Origin: Paragordius varius
Taxonomy: Eukaryota > Animalia > Nematomorpha
Assembly (NCBI GenBank): GCA_964247055.1
Contig: OZ176053.1
Location: 4,340,001 to 4,404,000, forward strand
Direction of reading: 5' to 3'
DNA length: 64,000 bases
Both the position numbers and the translations under genes were made by a program. The stretch's first letter is position 1, and the number at the start of each line of letters is the position of its first letter. Under the pieces are notes generated by a model. That model searched no databases. It saw nothing but the letters and a program-made list of their open reading frames with translations, and was not told the DNA's origin. Of this stretch, positions 63,751 through 64,000 are shown piece by piece.

Positions 63751-64000
63751 ATATTGTGTGTTTAACATTGCAGATTATCAATATATAATGCTTATTTAAG
63801 AAAAAATTGGAATAAATTTCTAAATTATTAATGTTGTTGTTATATCTATTGATCGATTTTTACTATTTTATAGATTATTTCCCACGAAAGTTTAGCTGTT
63901 TGTAATTTGGTGTCTTTTAAATTGTCGATCTAAGGTGTTTTGCACCGGCTCTGTAATATACCTGTCACCAGCTGGCATCTATATTACTTAGCAATTATTG

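Noticed and set aside
1-64000. Non-standard genetic code or stop readthrough
   Set aside because: All 80 modelled exons translate without internal stops in the standard code once micro-introns are removed.

Overview
Very AT-rich (roughly three-quarters AT by eye) animal genomic DNA with four protein-coding loci, which I reconstructed by hand. (1) A 3'-truncated ADAMTS/reprolysin (M12B) zinc metalloprotease gene on the minus strand, 596-4714. (2) An Uncx/unc-4 homeobox gene on the plus strand, 8874-11009. (3) A complete CNOT1 gene on the minus strand, 25079-59562, with 70 exons and about 3460 aa. (4) An unidentified 440-aa ORF on the plus strand, 62428-63750. Non-coding DNA holds six copies of one TA-flanked MITE, a hAT-type MITE, a piggyBac-type MITE, two decayed Mos1-like mariners, two copies of a probable tRNA-derived SINE and a CACTG-ended element. 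The most unusual signals concern splicing: three introns of exactly 26 nt with no modelled intron between 27 and 73 nt, yeast-like +4U donors (GTATG 12 vs GTAAG 2), acceptors with A-runs instead of pyrimidine tracts, and MITEs and (TA)n tracts next to splice sites. CNOT1 also carries about 1000 aa of low-complexity insertions. A flatworm origin is an inference only. All exon models and counts are manual and need RNA-seq confirmation.
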